Source of the DNA: Chiloscyllium plagiosum
Taxonomy: Eukaryota
Assembly (NCBI RefSeq): GCF_004010195.1
Contig: NC_057751.1
Location: 108,979 to 172,978, forward strand
Length of the DNA stretch: 64,000 nt
Direction: 5' to 3'
Below the pieces are notes generated by a model, which did not search any database, was not told the DNA's origin, and was given only the letters and a program-made list of their open reading frames with translations. A program made the position numbers and the translations under genes. Shown here in pieces: positions 25,621-38,740 of the stretch; the first letter of the stretch is position 1, and each line of letters starts with the position of its first letter.

Positions 25621-25630
25621 GTGCGGAAGG

Positions 25631-25679
25631 ATGGGGCCGGTGCGGCTGCTGCTACCTTTGCTGTGGATCACAGTAATCG
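25631..25679 (+). CDS. TGOLN2: TGOLN2 coding exon 1 (signal peptide)
   Basis: AGGATGG start context; MGPVRLLLPLLWITVI then G|GTGAGT; phase 1 matches exon 2. Confidence 0.85.
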
Positions 25680-25886
25680 GTGAGTAATCTACCCCCCGTC
25701 CCCCCATCAGAGGGACAGGGGTCTGCGGGCAGACACGGAGCCATGTCCCGGGGCCAGGATCCTGGAAAGACGCCGGGTTTAGCCCGTGTATCCCCGGCTG
25801 CAGCGTTCCCCTGTCAGCCCCAGGCGGCCGGGCTCTGCCGCTTCCTCCCGATGGTACATTCATCTCTTGTTTCTTTATCTCATCAG

Positions 25887-26674
25887 CTTCACTGAAACCA
25901 GATCTAAACCGGGAAGAGGCCGTTACAAAACCTGACAGCGACACCGGGAATAGCACCACCAGGAATGGCAACATTGGGACTGGCACCACCAGGAATGGCA
26001 GTGCTGTGGCTGGCACCACCAGGAATGGCAACATTGGGACTGGCATCACCAGGAATGGCAGTGCCATGGCTGGGAATACCAGGAATGGCAACGCCGGGGC
26101 TGGCAGCACCGTGAATGGCAGTGCCGCAGCTGGAAATGCCGGGAATGGCAACGTTGGGGCTAGCACCACCAAGAATGGCAGTGCTGTGGCTGGGAACGCC
26201 AGAAATAGCAAAACTGGGACTGGCGATGCTGACACTAGCAATGGCGGAACAGGTAACATGGACAAGCCTGAGGACAAGGCAGGAGGTCCTGGCACTAGAA
26301 TCCACAGTCCTGGTCCAAGTTCAAAAGAAGCTGAAAAGCAAGGAACCGAGTCTGAGAATGGAAACGCTGAGGGGAGGAGCAGTGAGAAGCCAGCAGGCAG
26401 CCAAAGCAATAAGGGGGAGGACAAGGAAGATGATGCTGAGCCAGTTGAGGATGATGAGGAGACACCAGAAGCAGATAGAGACACAAAAACCCCTGAGGAG
26501 GCTGGGGACAGCGCAGCAGTTGCTGAAGGATCAGTGAAGGCTGGAGCTGGGACGAACATTGATACTGAGTCAGTGCCAAGGGACGAGCCAGAGAGCAGCC
26601 ACTTCTTTGCCTATCTGGTGACCACAGCAGTCATTGTTGCTGTGCTCTACATTGCTTATCATAACAAGCGCAAG
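25887..26674 (+). CDS. TGOLN2: TGOLN2 coding exon 2 (luminal repeats, acidic stretch, transmembrane helix)
   Basis: Pyrimidine tract-CAG acceptor; ends [34 protein letters not shown], the TGN38/46 signature. Confidence 0.96.
25946..26225 (+). repeat. Coding 30-bp tandem repeat with 60-bp higher-order period
   Basis: About nine 10-aa units alternating ...NGN(I/A/V)G and ...NGSA(V/M/A). Confidence 0.9.
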
Positions 26675-27009
26675 GTAAGAGGTGGGGGCCATCCTGACCT
26701 GTTAAATCTCTACAATAGAACAGGTTATAGCAGACTATGAACAAGTATTTTGTATCGGTCTTCCAGCCAAAATATCTGAAGAATTTGTAATCATGAGACA
26801 AAGGGAGGGAGGAATTTCAAAAGGATTATCTTATCACTATTAGCTGGGATAATGAATGCAGCTGAAGTGCCCAAGTTCTGCTGCCCTGTGTCCTGGCTCT
26901 TAAAAGAACTGGGTGCATTAGACTTAATATTCCAAATTCAGAAACATCTAACAGCTCTGTAGAAGAAAGTTTCCTCCTTGCTGCCTAACCGTTAAGCCAA
27001 CAAGGAAAT

Positions 27010-29460
27010 GCTCGAGTCTGTTTGTAAAGAGATTATAGCAGACATTTAGAAAAAAATCATAAAATACAATTAGCTAAAGTCAACATGGTTTTGAGAAAGG
27101 GAGATCATGATTATTGCGGGCTGGTAGTTAACTGTCAGTCATCACTAACTGGCACATTCTTCATGAAAACAACTCATGCACTTACCAACCACTCAGCATT
27201 CTTATCAGTGTAGACAATAGTCTTCCCTTAAATTGGTATTCTTGTGAATTGTCTTGAGCGCCAAATAGAAAACTTCCACAAAATATGTCTCCATTCAGAA
27301 ACATTGTCGTTTTCTCTGATTGTAACAACAGCGTGGATGAATGAAAGGGAACCAGTAAATGTACTGTATTTAAATTTCCAATCAGCATTTGAAAACATCT
27401 ACATAAAAGATCACTGCACAAAGAAGAGCTTCTAGTGTTGGGCTGTTATTTAAGCATGCACAGAGGACTGGCGAAGAAACAAGAAACCAAGAGTGGACAT
27501 TAATGTCTAATTTTCAAGTTGGCAAACTGTAAGCAGAGGTCTCAGCCATTTATGATCCACATTAACGATGTGAATAAAGGGTCTGTTTTTATGTAGTCAA
27601 ATGTACTGGTTCTACAAAGGAAATCATGTTGGTGAGAAGGACATGCAAAGTTTGCAAAGATAAGTTATTGAGCAAATCATGGAGAGAACACCTGGTTGTT
27701 CACTTTGGCAGAAAGATTAGGAAGGCAGAACATAATATAGGGACTGAAGAACACTACAGTCCTAGTGAGTGAGTATCCTGGTACATGAATCACAAAAAGT
27801 TAGCATGCAGTTTAAATCACTAGAAAGAAAAATGGGACATTGCCTTTTTGCAAGGAGTGACGGAGTATATCAATGTAGCGTTGCCTTGCTACCACCATAC
27901 AGGACATTGATGAGACAATACTATGTATTGTCTTGGTCTCTTAACCTTAAGGAGATATAGAGTCATAGAGTCTGTTTCCGTGCTGTATATATCTTCAGTC
28001 CAACTCTTCCATGCTAACCAGGCATCCCAAATTATTCAAGTCTTATTTGCCAGAATTTGACCCATTTCCCATGAAACCCTTCCTATTCATCTACCCATCC
28101 AGATGCCTTTTAAATGTTGTAATTGTACCAGCCTCCACCACATCCTCTGGCAGCTCATTCCATGCACGTACCACCCTCTGTGTGACAGAGTTTCCCTTCA
28201 AATCCCTTTTAAATCTTGCCCCTCTCACCTTAAACCTATGCCCTCTAGTTCTAGACTCCCTCACTTTAGGGAAAAGACATTGTATATCTACCTTATCCAT
28301 GCCCCTCATGATTTTATAAACCTCTATTAGGTCACCCCTCAGCCTCTGATGTTCCAGGGAAAATAGCCCCAGCCTATTCAGCCTCTCCCTGTAGCTCAAA
28401 CCCTTCAACCCTGGCAACATCCTTGTAAATCCTTTTTGAACCCTTTCAAGTTTCATAACATCCTTTTGATAGGAGGGAGACCAGAATTGCACACAATCTT
28501 CCAAAAGTGACCAAGCCAATGTCCTGTATGGTCGCACTAATTACCTCCCAACTCCCTGTACTCAGTGCACTGACCAGTAAAGGAAAGCATATCAAATGTC
28601 TTCTTCACTATCCTATCTACCTGCAACTCCACTTTGAAACCTGCTCCAATGTCTGTCTGTTCAGCAGCACCCCCCAGGTGCTTACTGTTAAGTGTGTGAC
28701 TTCTGACCTGACTTGCTTTTCCAAAATGCAGTACCTCACATTTATCTAAATTAAACTCCATCTGCCACTCCTTACCCCATTGGCCCATCTGATCAAGGTC
28801 CCGTTGTACTCTGAGATAACCTTCTTCTCTGTCCACTACACCTCCAATTTTGGCATCACCTGCAAACGTACTAAACATTCTTGTCCAAATCATTCATATA
28901 AATGATGAAACCCATCGTAAAACACCTCTTCAGGGACCTGGACACGCAGTGTTGTGTATGTCTGCAGAAGTTTCACCGTTTCAGACTAATTTTAAAAATG
29001 GATATCAACAACTATGATGCGGTGTTTCTCCATTGGATACTGTTCAGAGAAGATTGACTTGCTGACTCTGGAATGAAGGGGCTGTCTTATGAGGAAATGT
29101 TGAGCAAGTTTGGGTGTACTGATGGGAGTTTGGAAGAATGAGAGGTGATCTTTTTAAAATAATACTCAGAAAGAGGGTGACAAGATAGCTGCTGTTTTAC
29201 TCTCATGCGGGGGCAGGGGGAATTGAGAACTCGGGGACATGTTTTAACAATAAAAGTTTTATCTAGAAGACAGAGATGAGAAATTTCTCTTGGGGGAAGT
29301 TAATCTTTAAAAATCTCTACCTGGGAGCAGGGAATGCTAGATCATGCAATACATTTGAGGTTCGGTTAGACAGGGTTTTTGATTGAGCGGGGAGTTGAAG
29401 GTTCCAGAAGAAAGACAGGAAAATGAAGTGGGTCAAATGGCCTGTTCTTATTTCTTAAGT
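27010..29460 (+). mobile_element. Old CR1 in TGOLN2 intron 2, with a younger minus-strand CR1 at about 27957-28910
   Basis: VNVLYLNFQSAFE on +; ORFs 28091-28537 and 28537-28893 on - (CVQFWSP, QRDLDQM). Confidence 0.85.
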
Positions 29461-29790
29461 TGTCTGGGTCTCAGGATGAAAAAGTGCTTCCAATAAGAAT
29501 CATCCATTGGTCCATGTTCCCCTCCTCTGGCAAAGTCAAACTTCTGAAAAAGGGTCACCAGACCAGAAATGTTAACTCCGATATCTGTCCACATATGGTG
29601 ACAGACCTGCCAACATTTTCCAGCAATTTCTGTTTTTGTTTCAAGCTTGTCTTTGGAGAATGGACAGGGAGAGAAAGAGAGAGGAGGAATGTTTGTCCCT
29701 GTAAGGTTGGGGTGAGGTTATTCCAATGTTTGGGAGAAGGGGACTTTATTTCACAACAGAGCTGTACTTAATTCTGGTTTTCTGTTGCAG

Positions 29791-29874
29791 ATTATTGCTG
29801 TTGTCATTGAAGGTCGAAGGTCAAAGACCAATCGACGCCCAAAGTCAGCAGATTACCAGCGACTGGAACAGAAG
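29791..29874 (+). CDS. TGOLN2: TGOLN2 coding exon 3 (cytoplasmic tail with YQRL)
   Basis: TTTTCTGTTGCAG|IIAVVIEGRRSKTNRRPKSADYQRLEQK|GTACTG; 84 nt, phase 0-0. Confidence 0.96.
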
Positions 29875-30001
29875 GTACTGTGCCCTACCCAAAACCCCTT
29901 TTGGCCTCTGTCCACCAACCTTTCTGTTCCCTTCGCCCTCTGTTTATACCTTCCCCCACAGAAGGCTGCAATTTAATTTCCAATTCTCTTTGTCTCTCCA
30001 G

Positions 30002-30007
30002 CTGTGA
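30002..30007 (+). CDS. TGOLN2: TGOLN2 terminal coding exon (Leu-stop)
   Basis: TTCTCTTTGTCTCTCCAG|CTG TGA; a one-residue last exon as in TGN46; an alternative acceptor exists at 29961. Confidence 0.7.
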   Translation: M

Positions 30008-31087
30008 AGAGCCTTTGGACAAGGCTGGACCCCTGCAGAGGAACTTTCTTTCCACTCCCTCCCCACCATCGACCCATCTTCTCCTCTAAATTACAAGGAC
30101 TGTCTCTTTAAGCGCACCGAATATCAGATCAAAAGACAGTTTGACCCAGAACCACAACCTCACGACTCCAGATCGCAGTCTGCTCAATGTGAATAATGGA
30201 ATTTCCCTGTTTGTAATATGTTTCTGTGGGAGATGGGGATGCAGAGGGAGACAATCCTGATTTAACTGATGACTATCTGATTATTTTCAACGTAGGGGGT
30301 TGGTTAGGGAAGGGTCAGGTGCTGGGGGCGTGTAGTGGGGAAATGTTGGGCTGGTCAGGGTCTGGGCTGGGAGTAGGTTTGGGCAGATTTGATGGGTGCG
30401 TGTGGCTGGGAGTGGGTGAATGGCGGTCACTCGAGATGAGTGGAGGTCAAGTGAACGTGTTTCTCTTGAAAATAATACTGCGGTGAGAGAAGGTGTGACT
30501 GGAAATTGTTCCCAAAGGCCAGGTCAGGCCAATTGAGATTCATTTAGAGGTTAATTTCTGAACCAACTTTGGGAGTATCTCATGCTCCCTCAAGCCTCTA
30601 CCCAGGTGGAGGGGAGTTGAGGGGTTTGTGCAGGAGCTGAGCCATAAGTCCAGGGGAGGTTTGGAGTATCTTTATGTGGGTCTGTCAGCTGGTCCTTGGC
30701 GTATGTCACTGTGACAAGTAAAGGACTAATCTGCACGCGGCCTAATCTCCTCGGTAATACTCAGTCTCTTTCTGCTTACACTGTGGAAATGTTTGTAAAT
30801 TCTTGTAGCAGAAGGCTGTACCCAACATGGGGTGACCCAGCCGCACCATCATGCAATCCCTCTCAAGAGCATTAAACTCAATGGCTGTTCAATCACTTCT
30901 TGTTGTCTCATGCCTAGTTAGTGCTCCTGTTAGAAATCAGATCATGGAAAATCTATACTGAGACATTAGGGAGAGGAAGTCTTACATACTCTCTGATGAT
31001 CGATGAAATGCAGTATACTAAAATCTAAAGCAATTTCCAACATAAAAAACAAAATACCCTGGAGAAACTCAGCAGGTCTGGCAGCGT

Positions 31088-31665
31088 AGAACATAGAACA
31101 ATACAGCACAGAACAGCCCCTTCGGCCCACGATGTTGTGCCGAACATTTGTCCTAGCTTAAGCACCCATCCACGCACCTATCCAATTGCCGCTTAAAGAT
31201 CGCCAAAGATTCTGACTCTGCCACCCCCACAGGCAGTGCATTCCATGCCCCCACCACTCTCTGGGTAAAGAACCTACCCCTGAACATCCCCCCTATACCT
31301 TCCACCCTTCACCTTAAATTTATGTCCCCTTGTAACACTCTGTTGTACCTGGGAAAAAAGTTTCTGACTGTCTACTCTATCTATTCCTCTGATCATCTTA
31401 TAAACCTCTATCAAGTCACCCCTCATCCTTCGCCGTTCCAATGAGAAAACGCCTAGCACTCTCACCTATCCTTGTACAACCTATTCTCCATTCCAGGCAA
31501 TATCCTGGTAAATCTTCTCTGCACCCTCTCCAAAGCTTCCACATCTTTCCTAAAGTGAGGTGACCAGAACTGCACACAGTACTCCAAATGTGGCCTTACC
31601 AAGGTCCTGTATAGCTGCAACATCACCTCACGACTCTTGAATTCAATCCCTCTGCTAATGAACGT
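31088..31665 (-). mobile_element. CR1 3' fragment
   Basis: FSLERRRMRGDLIEVYK; tail TTCTATGTTCT on -. Confidence 0.88.
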
Positions 31666-34600
31666 TTCTTTGGAGGAAGAAACATTTCAAATCTGATTGG
31701 ACTCTTCATCAAGATTCTTCCTCATGTAAAGGTGGTTGCTCAGCAAGAAACATGAAAGTGAGTTTTGATAGATACTGCAATTAAACATCAAAGGGAAACG
31801 GTAAGCGATAAAGTTGAATAAGAGAGAGAAACTGAAATCCCATAAATGATGAGCAGAGCTTGTACAACTTAAGCATTCTTGGAAGAGATGACAAGAAATT
31901 AACATCACGACAAAAACATGGATAGAAAATGGAATTGCTGGAAATATTCAGCATCTGTGGATTTCAGTGGATACTTTCTGATCTAGTGAGTATTTCCATT
32001 AATTTCTGCATTGTTTTGCAAAGCATTCTTTTCCTGAGTGGTGTGAGAATGTGTAATATGAAAGATTGAATATTTCAAAAAACACAGTGGGCGCTGTCTT
32101 TTCAAAATGCAGGTTTGTATCACTTGATCCCGAGTTGGAATCAGCCTAGACTACGTCCACTCTGACACTGGCTGCTGTCCCTCAGTTTCTGTGAAGTGAC
32201 CAAGTTGTGGAAAGCAACACCACCTTTTAGCAGTTTTAAAAGTGTCATAGTTGCCATGAACTATCACACATCACCTGAACCACTTCTGTAAACACCACAT
32301 GAGCACACATACAAACTGACCGGTCTGGACACTTTTTCACCAATTAGCAAATCTCCTGAACTCAGAGAACCTCTTGGCTCTCCACTGGAGTGTTGCAGAA
32401 AAAAAACCCAACAGACAGCAGTCCACTGATCCAAGTCATGGCTTGACAGCAAGCCCAGAACCAACTAAAATCAGAACTACAACCTTCTTCAACTTTTCAC
32501 CCCTTATACTTGCAAGTTAAACAGCAGGTTGTGATCTCTCTGAAAGAAAGATCACGAATCATGTCGTCTGACACTCGATGCTTATGTCCTGGCACAGTAA
32601 TAGTTATCACAGCCCCAGCAGATATCTTTAACTTGTGGTCATTGCTCAGAGAGCCCACACTAGCTTTCACAGTCAGCTCATTATAATGTCATATCCCATT
32701 GCAGAGACTCATGAACAGGAGCAGGGCAACACTTCCAGTGCAGTACCAAGAGAGTGCTGCACTGACAGAGTCCCACAGTGGTCGAAGGTGTGGTGTTGGG
32801 TTTAAAAATTGATACCTCCAAACCAGACCATAAAGGGTTAATTATTAAGGTTAAATTAGACATGACAAATAGCAATTGAATCAAAATGGAAAAAAATACA
32901 TAAAGATAGACCTGGTGTCCAAAACAGCCTGTTTTGATTGGGAGTAATCTGCATAGGGTTGATTGTCAAGAAGAAGTATTCTTTTATGTAGTTAACACAG
33001 AGCCACCTGGAGATGTCTTCAACTTGTTTTCTGCACAATGGAATGTCTAGAAAAGTACTGAAAGTCCTATGAAATGGTGACATTGCACTTAACCAGAATA
33101 GTTTCAGTAGCAAGACTCTGTCTCACTTGTTGGACTTTCCCCATTGGACTGGGTTCATGAGGGGCCATAGAACCTGAGATAAAGCTCTAAGTGCCAGCTG
33201 CCCAAGTCTCTGACGTAAAGACAAGGCAGTGAGATTATTGGTTTGCAAATGTACAGAGAAGTTCAAGGTAATACATTCTGTCATGAGTGTGTGCATATAT
33301 CGAGTAGATTAAACTGTTAGGTACTTTCAGGCTATCGATAAGATGGTCAGTGCTGAAGGAGTGGGCTGAAGGGTCATGTGATGATATGGCTTTAAGAGAT
33401 CTATTTTCTGTTTTTTATTGTGAAGAAAGGTTCACGCAGAGGTGCTGATGTATCTATTTAGAGTTAATAAATAATTTGAGAGACTTTAGGGTTATTTTAA
33501 GAAGTTGGAACAATAAAAACAGCTTGAATGGGTGGGGTCAAACTCCCAAAGAACCAGGATTTTTAATTTCAGTTTTTTTGGTAGTATTTGCTGGGGTGTT
33601 TAAGCTAGCTTTGGAAACTGCAGGACATCTTTCCCTGCTACTCTCTCTCTCTGAATTTTTCCTTCCTGGCCTGGAGAATTGTATGTGAGATAATCCGGTT
33701 TACTGAATTTGCCTTTGCCAAGGGATGTTACTATATTGGAATAATTGCTGTTTATTAGTTAAATAATCTATTACTCTGTTAAGCTTTCCAATAGAGTTCA
33801 GTTATTCCAATTTCTTCTTTCTTTTGTTGTATTTTAACTATAGTGTATGAATAAAGTGTGTTTTGCTTCAAGGCTCATAGTTTGACCAATCAAATTCCAA
33901 CTGGCACACAACGCTTAGCAGTGGCCTTTAAAATAAGTAAAAGTTAGGGTCTCAGCTAGATTTTTAATTTTGAGGTTTGGTTTGGTCCATAACAAATTGG
34001 GGGTTTTTGTCAGGATCAAAATCTCTAATTTTCGGTTAGGTTTAGGATTGTTGGACTCAGAGGCAGCAAGTGATGAGGGTTGGTGGTTTGCTTATTTTGG
34101 GTGTTGCATTCGGTTGGTTTAAACAGGGTGTGCCTTGTGCGATAATGGCTCTTGCAGTCACTAAGAGTGCCTGGGGGTGGAAGAAGTCACTTAACAAGTT
34201 TCATAGAAAGTGAGCAAGGCAAAGCATTTGGGATTGGTAAACAAGCTGGAGTTGAGTTGCCCGTGTCTGGCAGGAAAGAAGAGATAATTGTGGCAATCAC
34301 ACAGTATTTATAATGGCCAGAAATGTCATTGCAATCTTTGGAAATAGCCAAAATTCAATTGCAACTTAAGCAGCTTCAACATGAAAAGCAAATGAAACAG
34401 TTTGAATTACGATTAAAAGCAGAAGAAAGGGAGAGAGCTTTTAAACTTCAGAGGTTGGAACTGAAAATGGTGGAGGTAGAGGTGAACTGTTGGAGTACTG
34501 CCGAGGACAGTGATGGAGCAATCCCATCATAGCCACAAGCCTGGTGCGGCTTTTGCCCGAAACGTCGATTTCGCTGCTCCTTGGATGCTGCCTGAACTGC

Positions 34601-34998
34601 TGTGCTCTTCCAGCACCACTAATCCAGAATCCGTTCAAATATGTCCAAGCATTACCAAAGAAGATGTAGAAGCCTTTTTCATTTCATTTGAGAAGTGGCT
34701 AAACTAATGTAATGGCTGCTGACCATGTGGGTATAGCTGATCCAAACAAAGGTGATGGGTAAAGCTAGTGAGAGATTTGCATCTCTATCTGAAGAGTTAC
34801 CTAGGGAATATGATCAGGTGGAAAATGCATCTCCAGTGCATCTGAGCTAGCAGCAGAAGCCTACAGACGTTTTAGGAATCTAAGGAGGGAACCTGGTCTA
34901 TATTGAGTCGAGATCGTGCTGCTGGCAAAGCACAGCAGGTCAGGCAGAATCCAAGGAGCAGAGTCGACGTTTCGGGCATTAACCCTTCAACAGGAATG

Positions 34999-35337
34999 AC
35001 AGAATCCCGAATGGCCTGGATAGAGTGAATGTTGGGAAAATGTTTCCAATGGTTGGAGAGACTAGGGCCCCAGGCCTTAGAATAAAGGGAAGACCTTTTA
35101 GAATGATGATAAGGAGAAACTTCTTTAGCAAGAGAGTGGTGAATCTATGGGATGCATTGCCACAGAAGACTGTGGAGACCAAGTTATTGAATGTATTTTA
35201 GACAGAGATAGATAAGTTCTTGATTGTCAAGGGTTACAGGGAGAAAGTGGGAGAATGGGGTTGAGAAACTTATCAGCCATGATTGAGTGGTGGAGCAGAC
35301 TCAATGGCCTAATTCTGGTCCTGTGTCTTATGGTCAT
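34999..35337 (+). mobile_element. CR1 3' end
   Basis: RVVNLWDALPQKTVE; tail TCTTATGGTC. Confidence 0.82.
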
Positions 35338-36236
35338 CTGACCTTGCTACCACATAGTCAGGAAAAATCCCATGGAATACTTTGTGTAACACCTCAATTG
35401 AGTTATTTTCCATTGGCATCACTCCCTCCTGTGATTCAGCTATATCATGACCAAGGATAAACTGTATTCCTGGAATCCAGAATTTCTCTATTACTCTTAC
35501 CATCACTTCACCATTTTTCATTAGATTCTCCAAACTCACTTTATATAATGGAACATTGTTCTTCTCATTGTGAATTCCACATATAATCACCTTTTGTGGC
35601 AATACTCCTGAATTACACATCTCTCACCAAAGATTGACTTCCACATCTCTTGAAATCTTAATTTCTTTACCTGGCGTATATGAGTAAACCTTAACCTCAT
35701 AAGCAAATTATTTCAAGGGATCTGGCATTTACTTCTCAACTAACCCCTCATGAGATTGTACATTCTTTTGCAGATTCTTGGCTTCCTTTTGTATTTTCAA
35801 CAAAACTCACTGGTGTATCTTGTTTTCCCACATCCATTTTCCCAGTGCTTTTTCTAAACCGCCAACACTGCAAATTTATGCGGCCAACTTTATTGCAGGA
35901 AAAACATCGGAGCTTTTTTACTTCTCTTTTCCTGAAATGGGATTTCTTTTTACCCTGTGATTAAAATATCTTCACTATCTTCAGTGAGATCTCATTTTCC
36001 CTTAATACCTGAGCATTTCTCTTTTCCAAATGTCTCATTCCTCACAGATTGAAGTTATCGTCAGAAGCCAAATTTTGATTTATGAACCAATTTATAATCA
36101 TCTGCCATTTTGGCTGCTAATCTTGCAGTCTTAACTCTCTGCTCTTCCACATGAATTCTCACTATTTCAGGGAGTGAAGTTTTGAACTGTTCTAAATTAA
36201 TAGTCTCCAAGACCAAAAGACGTAGGAGCAGAAATT

Positions 36237-36535
36237 TGGTCACCTCCTTCAAAGAGCACAATTTCCCCTCCCATGTGGTCAACGATGCCCTCCAGTGCAT
36301 CTCTTCCACTTCCCGCAACTCCACCCTCGAATCTCTCCCCTCCAATTGCAACAAGGACAGAACTCTCCTGGTCCTCACCTTCCACCCCACTACCCTTATT
36401 TTCCGGAAGAGGAGGGTAGGGGGGCAACATGGCAACACCCTCTTGAACTGTCCTACCTGTCCAAGTTCCTTCCCACCTATCCGGTCCACCTTCCATTCCA
36501 ATCAATCAACTCCACTTTCATCTACCTATCCAATT
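36237..36535 (+). mobile_element. Penelope-like element ORF fragment
   Basis: SFKEHNFPSHVVNDAL...NKDRTLLVLTFHPT, resembling the PLE RT-endonuclease linker. Confidence 0.6.
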
Positions 36536-36559
36536 CCTATCTACTTGTTTGGGGAGTAT

Positions 36560-38740
36560 TAAGCACAAGGAAGGAAATTGAAGTACAGGACCTCGAGAGT
36601 TATAATCTCTGGAGGTAAGAAAATTAGGGAAGTAAACACATGGCTAAGTGATTGGTGTGGGAAAGAGGGATTCCATTTCACGGGACATTGACATCAGTTT
36701 TGGAATCGGGGGGGAATCTGTACTGATAGGACGATCTCCACCTGAACCAATCTAGAACCCGTGTTCTAGCGCAAAGGATAAATAGGGTGGTCACTTGAAC
36801 TTTAAACTTGAGTCGGGGTGGAGGGAAAGGGAAATCGACAGGGAGTATGGAGTCAAGTAGAAAGATAAGCAGCAGGGTTAGCATGTGTGCAGGCTTTAAG
36901 TTCAAGGGAAGACTAGGAATGAAGCAAAAAGGAAGGATAACTTAGGACATATTACAAGAGATGTTAGAAATCATGAGGATAAAAAAAATAGCATTAAGGC
37001 ACTTTATCTGAATGCTTGTAGTATTTGAAACAAAGTAGATGAATTAACAGCACAAATCATCATGAATGATTATGATGTGGTCGGCATCACAGAGATGTGG
37101 TTGCAGGGGGTTAAAAGATTTACAACTTATTGAAAAGATAGCGAGGTGGGCAGAGGGGATGGGGTTGCCTTGTCAGTTAAGAATGAAATTAAATCTATGG
37201 CACTGAATGCTTAGGGTCAGATAATGTGGAGTCTGTGTGGGTGGAGTTGAGGAACCACAAAGGCAAAAAACCATAATGGGAGTTATGTACAGACCCCCTG
37301 ACAGTGGTCAGGACCAGGGGCGCAGCATGAACCGGGAAATAGATAGGAAGGCAAGGTCACGGTGATTATGGGGGACTTCAATATGCAGGTGGACTGGGTG
37401 AATAATGTTGCTTGTGGATCCAAAGAAAGGGAATTTATGGAATGTTTACAAGATGACTTTTTGGAACAATTGTGATGGAGCCCACAAGGGAGCAGGCTAT
37501 TCTGGACTTGGTGCAATGTAATGAACCAGGCTTTGTAAAAAATCTTAAAGTAAGGGAACACTTAGGACACAGCGATCATAATATGGTCGAGATCAGTCTG
37601 CAGTTTGAAAGAGAGAAGGCAAAATCGGATGTAATGGTGGTACAATTAAGTAAAGGTAATTACAGGGGCATGAGAGAGGAACTGACAAAAATCGACTGGA
37701 AGCAGAGCATGGTGGGGAAGACAGTAGAGCAACATTGGCAGGAGTTTCTGGGTGTAATTGAGGACACAGTACAGAGGTCCACCCCAAAGAAAAGAAAGAT
37801 TATCCAGGGTCGGTGGGTTATGAGACAGCCATGGCTGACCAAGGAAGTCAGGAAATGTATCAAAGAGAAAGGGAGGGCCTATACAGTGGCCAAGAACACT
37901 GGGTAATCAGAAGATTGGGAAGATTACAAAAATAAACAGAGTCATAGAGTCTATGACTCTAAATGCGAGAACTTGCATTTTGGAAAAAAGGAATACAGGC
38001 ATGGACTATTTTCTAAACGGTGAGCAAATTCATAAAGGCAAAGTGCAAAGGGATCTCGGAGTGCTAATCCAGAATTCTCTGAAGGTTAATTTGCAGATTG
38101 AGTCCGTGATTAAGAAAGTTGTCATTTATCTCAAGAGGGTTGGAATATAAAAGCAGCGATGCGCTTCTGAGACCTTATAAAGATCTAGTTAGGGCCCATT
38201 TAGAATACTGTGTCCAATTTTGGGCTTCTCACTTCTGGAAGGACATACTGGCACTGGACCATGTCCAGTGGAGATTCACATGGATGATCCCTGGAATGGT
38301 AGGCCTAACATATGATGAATGGCTGAGAATCCTGGGATTATATTCATTAGGGTTGAGGGGCGATCTAATAAAAATTTACAAGATAATGCATGGCTTAGAA
38401 AGGGCGGACGCTGGGAATTTGTTTCTGTTAGATGGGGAGACTAGGACCTGTGGGCACAGCCTTAGAATTAAAGGAGGTCAATTTAGGATGGAAATGAGGA
38501 GACATTTCTTCAGCCAGAGAGTGGTGGGCCTGTGGAATTCATTGCCATGGAGCACCATGGAGGCTGGGACATTAAATGTCTTGCAAGGCAGAGATTGATG
38601 AATTCTTGATCTCGCAAGGAATTAAGGGCTACGGGGAGAGTGCGGGTAAGTGGAGTTGAAATGCCCATCAGTGATGATTAGATGGTGGACTCGATGGGCC
38701 GAATGGACTCACTTCCACTCCTATGTCTAATGAACTTACG
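36560..38740 (+). mobile_element. CR1 LINE (ORF1 end, endonuclease, ORF2 C-terminus) lacking the RT core
   Basis: YLNACSI, MGDFN, PTREQAILDLV, GHSDHNMV; jumps at about 37950 to LHFGKKN and LEYCVQFW. Confidence 0.88.

Noticed and set aside
25555..26559. 334-aa minus-strand ORF, the longest in the track
   Set aside because: Antisense shadow of TGOLN2 exon 2 and its repeat; non-ATG start and no independent gene signals
27110..27290. Possible further hammerhead-bearing repeat remnant (also near 29540-29640)
   Set aside because: Core nucleotides are too degraded to support a ribozyme call
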